A DNA stretch of 63,686 nucleotides, the filler included, from Choristocarpus tenellus KU-1152 (taxonomy: Eukaryota > Protista > Phaeophyceae): the NCBI GenBank assembly GCA_964200185.2. It is 14 parts of 14 records of this genome, joined end to end, with 100 filler letters (N's around TTAATTAATTAA, not from the genome) between each part and the next. Parts side by side here need not be neighbours in the genome. Positions count along the whole stretch, not along the records: positions 11,245 to 15,968 come from CAXNAD020013327.1; positions 16,069 to 18,847 come from CAXNAD020024822.1; positions 18,948 to 25,622 come from CAXNAD020007592.1; 11 more parts are not named here. The stretch is one strand, 5' to 3'. Within the stretch, counting starts at the first letter, position 1, and every line of letters starts with the position of its first letter. This document shows positions 11,145-25,162 of the stretch, in pieces. The translations under genes and the position numbers were made by a program. A model generated the notes under the pieces. It was not told the origin of the DNA and ran no database searches. It worked only from the letters and a program-made list of their open reading frames with translations.

Positions 11145-11657
11145 NNNNNNNNNNNNNNNNNNNNNNNNNNNNNNNNNNNNNNNNNNNNTTAATTAATTAA
11201 NNNNNNNNNNNNNNNNNNNNNNNNNNNNNNNNNNNNNNNNNNNNTGTGTGTATTTGTTGTACCAATGTGTCCTGTGTGTACTTGTTATACCAATGTGTCC
11301 TGTGTGTACTGGTGTTTTTTTTATTTCTGATTTGAACTTCCAAGTCACCTTTCAAGTCTCATGCCTGATTTCCTTTTGTGATGTCACTGTTGACATTCCT
11401 GTTTTTATTATTATTTGTATTTGTAATAGTGCTGCATAGTGTGTAGTGAATGTTAGTCACTCCCACAGTGCCTTATTGTGTCAGTCACCTCCTTTCTTGT
11501 TGCCCCCAATTTTTCCATCTTTGTACATACATGTGTATTATGTATGTATTATTATGTATGTGTGTATGTAATATGTATGTATATATGTATTATGTATGTG
11601 TGTATGTAATATGTATGTAATATGTATTATTATGTATGTATGTGATGGTAATGGCAG

Positions 11658-12967
11658 GAGATAGTGCGCATGTTGGTTGAAGGAGGTGCAGGTGTGTCTC
11701 AACAAGACCAGGATGGACTCACGGCTCTCATGAATGCAGCAGAGATTGGGGCAGGAGAAATAGTCGCGTACCTTCTCAACAAAGGGTGAGCATATCTTTA
11801 CCACTAAGGACAAACTGTTTGTAAGACTAGTGACAAAAATCTTTGTAATGCATTACTGTGTATGCCACCTATGACAACCATGTCACAATAAAGAATCTAC
11901 AATACCCTGAGCCCTAGTCCCAACCTATCAATGTAACCTAACCCTAGCCTATCAATGGGTGTTCACTGTTACCTGTTGACTCTTGAATCATAGTAAATTG
12001 AAAAGGATAGAACAACTGTGAGAATGGAATGTTTTAGTTTGTATTTATTTGTAGTAATAATGGCAAGGGTGTGTTGATGTGACTTTACATGTATTGTTAT
12101 TGTGATCAAAGTTTTTTTTTTTTGGTAGGACTGTGGCTGTGTATGGCGGGATCTTTATGGCAACATACTGTTCCCAGATTTGTGATCGATTCCCTTTTGA
12201 TGATGACCATGGTGTTTATCCTTATTATCATATACACCTGGTACAAGTAACATATATTGTTTCAAGAACAGACCAACGAGCATGGGACTGCAATGTACCT
12301 CCCTTGTCTCCTATTGATTGATTATTGAACACTATTTGTCTTACTCTTGATGATGACTCTTAATGTTGCTTGCTGTTTTCTACCAAGGGCTGATCCAAAT
12401 GTCATGTCTGAAACTGGATTTACAGCTCTCATTCTTGCTGCAGCAGGGGGTCATTTGGAGGTAGTCAAGACACTGGTTGAAAAGGTGAAACACATATAGA
12501 TAGGTGTATGTATTAGATACACATGTATGCACATGAAGTTGAAAGTACAGTAGAGCATGATAGTACATTACCATGTTGTGCAACTAGCCAAGCAACACTA
12601 TTGCTACACAGATCAATGCTGACCCCATACTTTACATAATATTCTATTTTCCCACATTGAATGGGAGTAAATGGCTCAACTAAATGGATACCTTCTCTGC
12701 TGTTGTGGATGTCTGTGAGAAAGTATCATTTGTGGATGGCATAGGGAGCTACAATTTGCTGTTTCTGTTTTGATATTTTGTTGTCCTTGATGTACCAACA
12801 CCCTAATGTATTGGCACACACTGTTGTCCATGCACATGGATGCTCTCTTAAATTCAACTATTTTCTGTTTATTTTTAAATTGTGAAGCATGGTAGTCAGG
12901 GTGGATATTTATTTTACAGTCATAGACATTGGTTGCAATTGGCACTAAACATATACATAGAATTGAA

Positions 12968-13011
<44 letters not shown>

Positions 13012-15183
13012 TTGAATCAACATACAAGAGAATGGGCTGCAGGGTGGTCTTAATTGGCACTAAATGTGTAAACTGGATGGGCAGACATGATTTAATGGCT
13101 TGGTGGAATGAGTTTTTTTTTTAGTGTTTAGACTGGAAATTTCTTGGAATTTTCTTGTACCTGTTGTACTTGTTAATATTTTGCATGCTGTATCTTACAC
13201 ATATGGAGGTAATGTGTTTTATTTAGAGTGTTCTCATTTGTATGTAATATGGCACCCTTCCACACACTTTTTTTTGAGAATATGATTAGGGCTTAGGCTT
13301 TGTTTGCTAAAGATTGGATGGCATTGCATTGTGATTTTTGTTTAGTAGTTTTCTTTTTTTTTGGAGATACCTTATGGGGATGGTGCTTGTAGTGGTGGAG
13401 ATCACTTGCAGGAGGGTGTATTTTCAAATGATGGGAGTACTTGATCTTTTCTCAGCATCAATGTGCCCCTTGTGAGGAGCCTTCATAACCCCATACACTC
13501 TTCTGGAAATGTTTTGAATCCTCTCATATATTGCAACAGGAGAACTTTAGACTGATGCAATACTATCACTAGTATACTCTAGAATTGATTGTGGTGTGTT
13601 GAAACATGCCTGTATCATGGTGTTAGCACCATTTTGTATCACAGTGGCAATATCACATCTAACACAGTGTTGTCTTGATTGTAAGAGAGTGCTAACCCAC
13701 TTATGAGTACTTAAGGATTACCTACCACTATGGCAAAAAAACACATGTAAATCATAGGACATTCAAGGGGTAGTGAATGGACAACATTGCACCTACTGAA
13801 GTTACCCATGTTGGTGTGAATATAACTAGTTACAACTTGGTTTGTTCGTTGTAATTCCTCTCTCTCTCTCTATCTGAAAGGGGGCCTTGATCAATGCAGA
13901 TCACCCAGAGGGGGTGAATGCACTCATGTATGGTGCAGCAGGGGCACATCTGGGTGTGGTACAGGTGAATAGAATCATTATCAAACATACTACATCATCC
14001 ACATTAATCACCAGGCATATCTTCCAATCAAAGCGTTTAGAATAGCTGATACTGTTTTTTGAGTTTTGTTGTAGAAATATGGTTATTGTTTAGAGATGTT
14101 GAAGGAGGAAACGTTAAATAATGAAAATTTCATATTTTACCCAGTTTTAAGTTTTTTGTTGTAGAATTATAGTGATTGTTCAGGTAGATTGAAGGAGTAA
14201 ATGTTAGATGAGAACAATTTCATCTTTTGCCCACTGTTTTAAGTTTTTGTTTCTAGAATTATGGTTATTGTTCAGATAATTTAAAGGAGTAAAGTTAGAT
14301 AATAATAATTTCATCTTTTGCTCAATGTTCCTTTATTTTTTTGTGTTTGGTGTGTGGGATTGGTTCAGGCAGAGTTGGAGTAAAATGACCTTTTACTTGT
14401 ATCATTGTATATGGTAAGGAATATCCTGGTTTGCTCTGACCTGTGATACTTGCCTGGACAAAAAATATAAAAATATTATACCTTATTTATTTTTCTACCT
14501 GTACAACAAAAGACAGTCCCATTTTAATTGTGCACATCCCATATTTTTCCAGTATATATGTGCTTGAAAATAGTCCAAGGTTTGTATGTTTGAATGGAGT
14601 TGAGGGTTAGGAAAGGTTAGGATAATGCCTTCTGGGGCGTGGGAGTGATTGAAATTACCAGAGAAACTAGAGAGATGCTATGTATCTGGTCTGGCTTAAG
14701 CAGAGCCTATCTCTATTTCTAGACATCTCTATTTCTAGACATTTCTATTTCTAGACATTTCTATTTCTAGACATTTCTATTTCTAGACAGGTCTGCTGCG
14801 TTGTATAGACTATTTCAGTGCAATCTATTTCTAGATAAGGTTCCAACACCTAGTAGTCAATTGGTAGGTATGAGAGAGACTGTAGGAGAGCTTGGTCAGC
14901 TGTAGTCCTTGTGAGGGTACTGCCAATTGAAGGTGTTCCATGAGGGGACATTTCTAACATGGTCTGGAGTAGTTTTAAATACCTAAGGGTCTAGATATGA
15001 AATGAACAGGGTGATAGATAGCACATGACCCGCCTAGAATCCAAGTATGTTTGAATTTAGTTTTTTTTTCTTTTTTTTCAATTGTGTGTCCCTCCCTGTC
15101 AGTACCTCCTTAACCCTCTGAACAAGGCGGAGCCAGCTAATGTGAACCAGCTTCATGTTCATGGGGGATCAGCGCTTATGGAG
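11658..15183 (+). CDS. Ankyrin-repeat protein, 4 internal exons (partial gene)
   Basis: Exons 11658-11785, 12388-12484, 13881-13964 and 15103-15183 splice in phase to EIVRMLVEGGAGVSQQDQDGLTALMNAAEIGAGEIVAYLLNKG-ADPNVMSETGFTALILAAAGGHLEVVKTLVEK-GALINADHPEGVNALMYGAAGAHLGVVQ-YLLN...GGSALME, i.e. consecutive ankyrin repeats. Confidence 0.9.
14051..14323. repeat. Intronic minisatellite, 3 diverged ~90-bp units
   Basis: Unit ~ACTGTTTTAAGTTTTTGTTGTAGAATTATGGTTATTGTTCAG...GAAGGAGTAAA.GTTAGAT....AATTTCATCTTTTGCCC. Confidence 0.85.
14708..14790. repeat. 16-bp tandem repeat x5 (TCTATTTCTAGACATT)
   Basis: Directly visible. Confidence 0.9.
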
Positions 15184-15522
15184 GTGAGTATGTCTTGGTT
15201 TGTTTCAAATTGGGGCATGTTGAGGTTTTGTATTCCTTTAAAACATATTAGTTGAGTTATGTGTAACGTCTCAGTAAGCAAGTATCATGATTTCGATACT
15301 TCTTATTTTTCGTATGCCCACACCCACTGAAGTGGTGTTGGTTTTTATTTTGTGGTGGTGTTGTGTAGAATCTTGTGCACATATCATTGGAATTTGACCT
15401 TGTGATTTTTTTTGGTAGTGTAGTGTAGCGTCTAAAATGTATGTTTTAATTGTATGTTTTAATTCATTAGTCAAAGGGTGATACTACTGTACTCTACCAA
15501 TAGCGATAATGATGGATATACT

Positions 15523-15553
15523 AGGGCTAGGGTTAGGGTTAGGGTTAGGGTTA
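15523..15553 (+). repeat. Interstitial (TTAGGG)n telomere-type tract
   Basis: CTAGGGCTAGGGTTAGGGTTAGGGTTAGGGTTA; shorter tracts at ~4029, 25494 and 27927. Confidence 0.8.
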
Positions 15554-15894
15554 TCTGTATGTCCTACAACGGTGTGGTAATGTTTGTACTGTGTTTGTAT
15601 TGTACTATCAGTTGGGGTTTTTTAATTGTTTGATATGACCTCTTGTGACACTTGTGTTTAGCTAATGATATTGCTTGAATGTCTGTTTTTTTTTTCTTAC
15701 TATCATACTTGGTACGTACTTGGCACTAACTAATAATATTTATAATTTTGCATCATTTAGGCAAAGAATGATGTGTCAATATCAATTGTAGATATCGCCT
15801 GCCAGGTACTGTGGACGGTGCCTCTTACTTCTATCAATATCAATTGTAGATATCACCAGTTAGTCGACTGTTTCATTGATGCCCTCCACCCACT

Positions 15895-15925
<31 letters not shown>

Positions 15926-18900
15926 ACCACCCAACACCCCACCCCGCTCAGACACAGACCAAAATACGNNNNNNNNNNNNNNNNNNNNNNNNNNNNNNNN
16001 NNNNNNNNNNNNTTAATTAATTAANNNNNNNNNNNNNNNNNNNNNNNNNNNNNNNNNNNNNNNNNNNNGCGCACCATTCCGGGTCTTGCCCATTCTCAAT
16101 AAAAAGCTCCATCCTCAATTTTGATGATCGACTTTTGAATTGAAGTCAATATTGAATTGTTGAGCGGAGCTCACAAGCTCCCCCCCTCATTCACTTACCT
16201 CATCGCTCCTTTCCTAAGTGACCTTCTGACGCGTGGTTACCCACCTGCCTTGCCTCCCTCCGTTCCATTCCTCCTGTTGTGGGTCTTCCCGCTCCCCTTT
16301 AGTCTGAAGAACCTGTAGTTCCAACCTGTTTAACTCTGAGCTTCAGTTTGAGTATATTTGTTCGGTACGTTCTATTGTGAAGATTTCGAATTAGGATTCC
16401 ATGCAATATTATAGTAGTAGCACCCAGTCATGAAGAACCCTCTTGTCCACGCATATATGTGCAGTTAACAAACCTTGTAGCCCTGAACTTGTGAGGGGAG
16501 GAAAGAGGACTTCGATATTACTTGCTTGCAGAAGGAGCATTCCACTTGTCTTTCCCACTTACTGTTGGCCTTTGGTTTTGCTTGTTTGACTCATGGTTAT
16601 GTTCCTAGCGGCCATTTGTGCATGGTGTATGGTGCTTGGGGCAATCAACACAGTAGCAGCCAATTCTGAACCAAACGAACAATGAGAAGTAGTGAGTTAT
16701 AGTTGTAATATTTGTTCTTTTGTTGGTGGTGGAATTGAAGCATGTGAATCATCTCCTCATGGTGGACTTAGTGCAGCACCTGACCTTGGATTGTAAGGAA
16801 CCTAGTACTGTATACAGATGTTGTATTTGCTGTACTGGAAGAGTATTGTTCATTTTACGTGATAACAACATGAGTACTCCGAGCAGCTAATAACACACAA
16901 AACTTGATTGAAGTGAAGATATAAACTACTATTGAATTATACTCCTTCCACACCTCCTGTTGGTTGATGATACACACAGTCAGTCCTTCAACCTAGAATT
17001 CTCAATCTCTCAAAAAAAAAATGTGTATTTTATTATCATGATACAACTACATGTACCAATACTATATTTTTGCATAATTATTTTATTTGTTATCACTTCT
17101 AACCATTTTAATAATACTGTGAAACAGATGTGGAAACAAGCCGACAAGTTCTTCGTAATGAAGGGGAGCGGGAAGACCCACAGGAGGCAAGATCAAAGAG
17201 AGACAAGTCAAAAAGGGAGAGTAATCCCTCAGAAGATACTCTGGAAAAGAGTTTTCAGGTGGTAACTGAAAGAGGGGGCTGCTGGTAAGTTCACCCCAAA
17301 CCACCCAATCTTACTTCAGGCAGATGTTACCTTCAACATGCAAGAACAAATGTCGTATGAATATCATAATGTTCAAGATAGATCACCTTCAAAATATACC
17401 TTCTGTGGAAGATGACTCTCGCAATACATTGACTTTTAATAGGAGAGCATGATGAAATATACTCAGGAGTATTGATAATAAATTGATAAAATAATATAGT
17501 TGCTCACTGTACTGGAGGTTTATTATTACTCCACAAAAAAGTCGATGAGTCAATTTCACCTATAGAAGTTTGTAAATATATCGTACTCACTGATGAGTGC
17601 GCATGTACGTACCTGGATGAGGAGTGACATCAACTTTTTCCTTCCTCTGTCACTCAATAATGCAAAACAAAACCAACCCAATTTCACGCACCCACGCACG
17701 TACATGCATACCACGTACGAAGCAGTAAATATTTCAATCCTCATATTCTACAAAGCATGTTGAAGAAATACCTTGTGCCCTGCCCTACCAGTGGTGTACA
17801 ACGGCTGCAACCAGTGTATGACAACAACGCTATGCCCTTCACCATTGGCCCTTATGCTCACATGGTCTTACATTTGTGGCACTCATCTTAGGTCATGGCG
17901 AAGAACAATCCTAGCCTTGTCTGTTATCAACTGTTGAAGATTGTTGAGCTTCATGCTCTCCATGTTCTCCCTCTTCCTCCTGCATTTCAATTTCCTCTAC
18001 TCTGTATTACTGCAGTCTTCCTCTGTGCATTTTATTACCCAACATGTGCAGTTGCCACGACAGAATGTGTGTGTGGTCTTACCAAATTATCTGGCGGTAA
18101 TCTATTAGCAGTTGTTGCCGCCCCCACACCCTTCCTTGTCGTGGGACTTAGAGAGTCTCCGGATGTAACTTAGCTCCATTTTATGTCTGTACACCTCCAA
18201 GCAACAAATATTTGCGTTGTTGCACCATTGGTGCCTCAACTCGTGCAACCCACAAGCAACCGTTCACACCAACATGCAAGGCAGTTCCCAGCCTTTTCCG
18301 AGAGTCAAAACGTTCGATGTCATACATACAATGTGTGGGAGGTATTGTGTGCTTCACAGGAATGGGTTATTTTGAAAGGGCGCAAGAAATGAAGAGAAGA
18401 AAACTCACGAGTACCTATACATATGATAGTGCTAAAATCATGAAATTCTTTTTGCATGCAAAAGCACAAGATTCATACAAAATTGGGATAGGGGAACTCA
18501 TAAAATGTTACAGGGGAATTGCTTATTGTTGGCACAACCTTTCTGAGTGCCCAAGTTGTAACCAATCCCAGCCTCGCAAAATATGCCGCAGCAGCATAGT
18601 GACTCTTGGGGATCTCTGCCGGAGATATCTCATTACCTCTTTTGGAGGTGGCTGGTTGATCTGCAGTGAGTTCGTTGGAGGGATGAACGTGTGCATACCA
18701 GTTCTGAACGACATGTATGAAGTGCTGCTCCATTCCATGTGGTATATACATAGGTTCAAAGTATCTGGGGGGGGGGGGTGGCTGTCCATTTGGGGTCAAT
18801 TTTTTCATGTTGCGATTTTGAGTGAATTTGTTGGCTACTTTGGGTTGNNNNNNNNNNNNNNNNNNNNNNNNNNNNNNNNNNNNNNNNNNNNTTAATTAAT

Positions 18901-19201
18901 TAANNNNNNNNNNNNNNNNNNNNNNNNNNNNNNNNNNNNNNNNNNNNATATCCTAATGTTCAAGACAGGTCATCTTCAGGGTATACCTTCTACATGATGT
19001 TCAAGATAGGTAACCTTCAGGGTATACCTTCTGTGGAATGTGGCTCTCACAATAGTAATAATATCAATCATATTAATATCAATCCTTCAAGTAGAGTAGG
19101 GTAGGTTGGGAGTATGGAAATCATGGCGGTGTGGATGCACTGGGAAGGGGTGCAAACGGAGGAAGCCATAGGATCCGATTTACTAGGATGGTGTTGACCT
19201 C

Positions 19202-19890
19202 GACCCGAAGCGTTTAAGAGGGTAGGTTCGTGTCCGTTCGGGGTTGTATATCCATTCATTGTTGCGACTTTGATGAATTTTTGCTACAGGGGAATAGCAA
19301 GTATTTCTTCCCGCGCTCTAACCAGCGCGAGCAGTGTACGCGCGTGTGGAACCCCAAGAAGGGGAACTCCGATTTGCTAAAGTTGCAGAGTAAGATCTGT
19401 AACTTCAGAATAAAAGCAACGGTTTTCAGATGTATTACGGCGTCTATTAACTCGAATAAATAGATATGGATGAGAGTAACCCAGCTCCCACTCTGATATT
19501 TATTTGGCATACAATCCCATTGATTCAGAATATTCCTTCATCTACTGATCTGACATCCACCATTCTCGTTGGACAATTTGACTGTCGGAGTGTCTCAGGA
19601 GTCCTCTACGTTACAGGCAACATTGCCATCTATAGCCCTGTAGATTGGAGCTATACATCCCGTGGAGGTAAGCTTTGGAGTGTGATGTAACATTTTGGCT
19701 ATTGTGTTTGTTAGCAAGTGTCAATATCTTTGCTCCAGACACACCTTTCATAGTCCTATACATTTTATCTACTCCGAAATCCGAAATGTTCACAGAGAAA
19801 ACCGAAAAAGGTGGCAAAAAAAAACATGGGAAGCCAAGACCCAAATAGACGAACAGGGCAAAACTCCTACCCCCTTAGATGCTTTGGTTC
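19202..19890 (+). mobile_element. MITE family A copy split by a solo LTR
   Basis: Left part 19202-19281 and right part 19697-19890 are colinear with 6003-6267. Confidence 0.85.
19282..19692 (+). mobile_element. Solo LTR (411 bp, TGCTACA...TGTAACA, 4-bp TSD TTTT)
   Basis: TG...CA inverted termini; TTTT on both sides; cleanly interrupts the MITE; a second copy starts at 11071. Confidence 0.85.
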
Positions 19891-21399
19891 AGAGGAAGGC
19901 AGTGGTAGAGTGCTTGTGGTTCTGTACCTTCCAACTGCCCACACAGCACTTGCACCTATGCTGCCTATTTCATGAGGGACAGGAAAAGACCATGCAGAGG
20001 CAGGGAATTAGTCATGGGCTGAGAAACCAAATTGAAGGGAGTATAGCCGGGACGGCGCAACGTGGAAGTAAAGATCCAGGCGACCTTGGTACTTAGGAGA
20101 ATAGCAAGACAACCCAGGCTAAGACCAAGCACGTATGACCCACTCTATAGCAGGATGAGGCAAGCAATGAGGATGGCAACTACTGAGACAACTGAGACGG
20201 TAGGGCAGAGAAAAGATGTATGTTAACAACATTTCATCATGAACAAGAGGGCTAACCAGTGGGACTGAGTATGGGTGTAAACAGGTTAGTTTAGCAGAGA
20301 GGAGGGGGGACCAGAGGCAACTGGGGCAAGAGGTCGTGCCTAGGAACAACATACAACATCGACCTAATGGGGAGGTCAAGCTTGGGCAAGGTAGATGTAC
20401 TCTAGTTCTGACGCATGGTATGGGAGTAGACGATGAAGGTGTAGTGTTTTGGAAGTTTGTCACATGTCCTCGGATGAATGTGGAGTGTCATGGATGGAGG
20501 TCATGTGTTTTTGGAGAGTTGGTGGGGAGTGTATTCGTGGAAATTGGCCACAATGGTTGGTGATTGGATACCGGTGGCAGAAATTGACTGCAATGGTTGA
20601 TTATTGTATTGTTTGGTGACTGGAATCCAGTGGCGAAAAATGGTGGAATTGGTTGGTCACTGCAAATCAGTGCCAGAAATTGGTCGCACTGGTTTGTGTG
20701 TTCTATCATAATCGGATTGTGGCCATATTGTCTGGGTGATAACAAAATGATGGTTTGATGGTGTGGTATCATGAAGTGAGTGATGTGACGTTTGTTGAGG
20801 GGAGTGGAGTAGATATGAGGCTAGAACAATGCTGACTAATAAATGTAGAATTCGTAAGAAAAGCAAAAAATAAATATTGCAAAGTTGTTTTATTTCCTTC
20901 CGATTTTTAGTATTTCTTTCCTCATCTCCCTCGTATCACAAAAAGGTCCGTTTTAATACATGACGGAGACTTAAGTGTATTGTAGTAGTACAACCACTTA
21001 TATTCATAGTCTACCTCAACAACAATATCCTATGTAACATTCAAGAGAAAAGAGAGAGGAGAGAAAACAAGGAAAAAACATCTGGAGTAGAACAGAAAAA
21101 TGTTCAAAGACCTGAAGTTCATCTATCTTGATACACCATCCCCAACAAATTACATAGGCATAGAGTAGTAGTAGCATGTAGGCAAAGAAACCCTCTCAAA
21201 AAGGGGGGGAAATGGCAATCAACCCATGAATCAGTGCAATACCATAAAGAAATAAAATAAAATAACATTACAGGACAGAGAAAAACATAAACTCAGGCAG
21301 TCACACCATAGAGAAAACGACCAAAACCAGAGGGATAAAGTAATAGTAGTAGTCATCAGGTAGCAGGGACTGAACCTAACTCCTGATCTGCTTGGGCTC

Positions 21400-21800
21400 C
21401 CTTAATCTGCAACTTTTGCAAGTCGTAAGTCAATTGCAGTACTACCTACCTGTCGTGCCATTCATCCATGAAGTACTTGGGACCATCAATCCCACATGGA
21501 TACTGGTCATCATGGTGATTTATTATACTACTATGGTCCTCAACTCCTCAGTTGTCACCCTAAACTTTTCGATATCTTGCATGCACATCCATCACTGCTT
21601 GTCCTGTACACCGGACGTCCATTTTGCACTCGACAGGTCCCCAAACAGCATTTTTCTCGGAAATCCCTCATCCCCCATACGTGCAGCCAACCGCGCAAAG
21701 AAGAGTCTCCACTTTCGCACACTTGTGTCAATACTCTCAAAGCCATTCTTCATAAGGGCACCCCCTCTCAGACATTATGGGGTCAGTGTGCTCTCTTAAG
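21400..21800 (-). mobile_element. Decayed 3' end of an RTE-like LINE ORF
   Basis: Minus strand reads RKWRLFFARLAARMGDEGFPRKMLFGDLSSAK..GVQDKQ, matching the LINE C-terminal pattern W.GHV.RM.D.R.PK.+LFGEL. Confidence 0.7.
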
Positions 21801-21899
21801 TGGATGCTGATGTATTGTAGTAGGAGTCTGTGATGGTGGAACCTCAGCTTGGCATAATTGACCTGGTGGATTGTCCAAGTCAGCCAAACCAATTGTGAG

Positions 21900-22200
21900 G
21901 TAGGCAGGGTTTCATTTTGAAGGATCCCGAGAAAGGACAAAAATGTGCCATTTTGGAAAATTGCAGAAAGAGCATTTCCTGGATTGTGGTGTCACCTTGT
22001 GTCTGGAAAGAAGGGGGAATATCAATTTTGAGTGCGTGATTATGCACACAAAGCAATGAAATGGAGCATATTGCTCAGGTGAAGAAAGATGGCTTAGAAT
22101 GCAAAAGATTCCAACCCTCCCTACCTCTCTTTCGGTTGATTCAGTCATACAACCATATATATCAGGACTTCTACTCTTCAATCTTAAGCATTCTGATCTT
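21900..22200 (-). mobile_element. Dispersed decayed repeat shared with 62880-63110; possible DNA transposase fragment
   Basis: Clear nucleotide similarity (GGCAGGGTT.CATTTT.AAGGATCC..AGAAAGGA...AAGCAATGAAAT...AAAGATGGCTTAGAATGC.AAAG...CCTACCTCTC). Confidence 0.6.
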
Positions 22201-22906
22201 CAAAGCTCAGATGTTACAGCAGAGGTTTTGTCGGAGAGGAATTGGCTATACTGTTGGAAGCAGCTCCAGGCATTATAAACCCATTTGCCGGTCTCAGCAG
22301 CAACATCAACAATTATCATTGATGGTTCCATCGCAAAATTTGTTTGCCTGCTTGGGGGTCTAATCCAAGGCATGGATCTGGAAGTGACTACAGCCTGATT
22401 TGGGGGTCGAAGGCACGTACTCTGTCTTTATCTCAGGCCCGTTCAATCCTAGCGCCGTCCTCGCCTTCACAATTACTACTATCATCCAGGTCAGGTCCTC
22501 TTGGGCCTTGGAGACAATCCTTCCATCATCGACATGGAGCATGCCCCATAGTTATGGTGCTGAAGTATCGATCTAATTTCTGACCCCTCCTTGTCTGACC
22601 TTGAGTTTCCTCCCATCTCTCTTGATGACAACTGGGTCTCTTTTAGAGTTGGAGTAGTACGCATATTCTTCAACTTTTCTGGTCATGGAGTTCTGGGTCG
22701 TTGGTGGGAGGTGAAGGATCGTGACACATTATTTGTTGTTCGAAGTATTATTGATGAAGAATTCTCAAATCAGACCGACATGACCGTCCGATTACTGTTG
22801 GGGCTTTGTTGGTGACGTCAAGATATTTTCCTGAAATATGAAATCGAATCAAGCATATAGTATTATAGTATCTAAGAAAGAAAGGACTGAGGGAGTTGTT
22901 GGAAGG

Positions 22907-25127
22907 ATGAACTGGTTTGGGCAAGGAATAGGGGGCGGACGTCGGCATCACGGCCATAGCCGTGGCCAAACTCATGGCCATGGCAATCAGTGTTGCTCAC
23001 ATGAAGCACCCCCGCCAGTGCGGTATGATCAAACCAATGCGGTTATTACTCAGCAGCAACTTGGAACAGGTTTGGACATGCCTGTGGTTGGACATTCTTC
23101 GGCAGTGTTGCCACGGGACTTCAGCAGTTCTCTGAATTATTCCCAGGAAAGGGCAGCCGCCGAGAGGATTTCTCTTTTAGAGGGAGATGAGGATGGAGTT
23201 GTGAAGACTGTGCCAGGTTTAGAAAGCACTGATACTGGGACATTGGATGTGAGTGCTGACCTGTTCTAAGTACTTCCTGGTGTGAGTAGTAACGCCGCAG
23301 TTTGATTTTCAGCCAAGGGAAGTAGAGGTCAGCAATACTGTAAGATATGAACTCCTGGCCCTTGAACTCCTGGACCTAGATGTGTATTTTTTGATGTGAA
23401 AACCAATCAGGTATTTGTTGTCCAACCAATATGCACCGCTTGTCAGTGACAGGGAGTGACCGTACCGCTGCTATAGTCTCGATACCTCAAGACTATCCAC
23501 ACTACCCACGCTATTTTCTGGGACCGCACCTATCAATACAAGATGCCTTTGGATTTCAGTGATCCGATCTGGGATTTCTTGCTTGAACAGGAAGCACGCG
23601 ATACTAATATTATTACTAACCTGATGCAGTCATTGGCTTCCCCATCTCAACACATCAGCGGAGCTTGATTACCAATCCTTTGGTACTTCTTAAACCACTG
23701 TCACTTGAAGCCCGAACTTCGGTTGGTCAGTTGGCTGTGGAACGAGCGCATCTGCCATGCTCCATACTCTCGAACACTCTCGAACACTCTCGTTACTTCT
23801 CGAGACGCCATCGCACTTCGTATAACCCTAAATTGAAACCCTTCTCTCCCCCCTCCAATTTCAAGGCGACAACCCTCCTGAGACAGTTATTCGTGGCTGT
23901 GAACTCCAAGAACGCCGAGGCGGTCACTAAGCTGTGCTCATCTGGGAACGAGGAGCTTCCCTCTGTTGTTCGCACAAGGGACTCCCAGGGGCATTCCCTG
24001 ATGCACTGGGCAGCTAAGGGTGGAAATGTTGGGATAATAGAAGCATTGGCTGGTGAGACTTGTGAATATAGCGTCCTCTGTGATAGTACAACTTTCTTAG
24101 GAGTTGCGTACGCCAATGCGGGATCAATACCATCTCAATAATCGCTTCCGAATTGCTCACTATCACTCCCTCTTGAAGGATGAACACAGTGGTTAAGTTG
24201 GCAGTTATTCCTCCTGTAAATTCCCTTTTTGTTGTTCTTGTCTGCTGAGTGCCGTTTTTGTTTTTTGGAGTGAAATGGAGATTCCTTGGCATACTCCCAA
24301 ACTTCAAGTACTGAGTACTTTGCATTTTTTCGTTGTTTTTATGCTGTACTTTGTTTATTCTCTCCCTACCTCCCCCCACCCCTCTCTCTCTCGCTCTGCC
24401 TGTCATGATTGCGTTTTTGAAATTTTGCTGAGGCAACGCACACATGAAGCAACACTGAATTTGTTGTCCACACCTTTGAAATGTTTTTTTTTTTTGTGCT
24501 TGCTGTTTCATTCGCATGTGTCATTCCTTTATTAGGTATGTGAGGGACGTCATGTGTCACTGACATATTTTATTTATTTTATCTGTATTTTTTTTAATAC
24601 ATGGTAAACGTGTGCAGTAGGGACATTGCAATTTTTCAGTTTCTTAGGTTTCCTTTGATGGTTGTTCCTATATTATAGAGGCGAATTTACCACACACACA
24701 CACACACAGAATTGTAACATAAAAAGTGCATAAATCCAGGAACGTATATTCTCAAGTATATTCTGACTGTACAGTGGTAGTATATAGTCCACTGCTGGTG
24801 TTTTCCTTATCAACATGTCATGCTGCAGTATGAAAATTGTATGTAGTGTTAAGGTATGCCATATTTGAATGCTCATGATGTTGTGAGAATTCACTTTTAG
24901 ATTGAGTTTGAGTCTCTTCAATATATAGTTTTTGAAGTCGTTACATTTTTTCCTACTGCCCTATGCCTGTCATGTGTATAGCCATAGCCATACACATACC
25001 CATCCTGTTCAGAAAAATCATTGTTTTGCAATAGTTACAATAAGATTGTGCCATGGACTTGATCACACTCCTGCTCACATATGCACTTGTCTGTTTACAT
25101 ACGTGTATGCATTTTGCGCCCTATTGC

Positions 25128-25162
<35 letters not shown>

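Noticed and set aside
15776-15856. Two TCAATATCAATTGTAGATATC direct repeats with a ~37-nt spacer, CRISPR-like
   Set aside because: Only two units, in a eukaryotic intron, with no cas genes; a local duplication.
17760-18750. 227-aa ORF or possible gag relic
   Set aside because: No convincing motif, and the ORF runs into a MITE and a gap.
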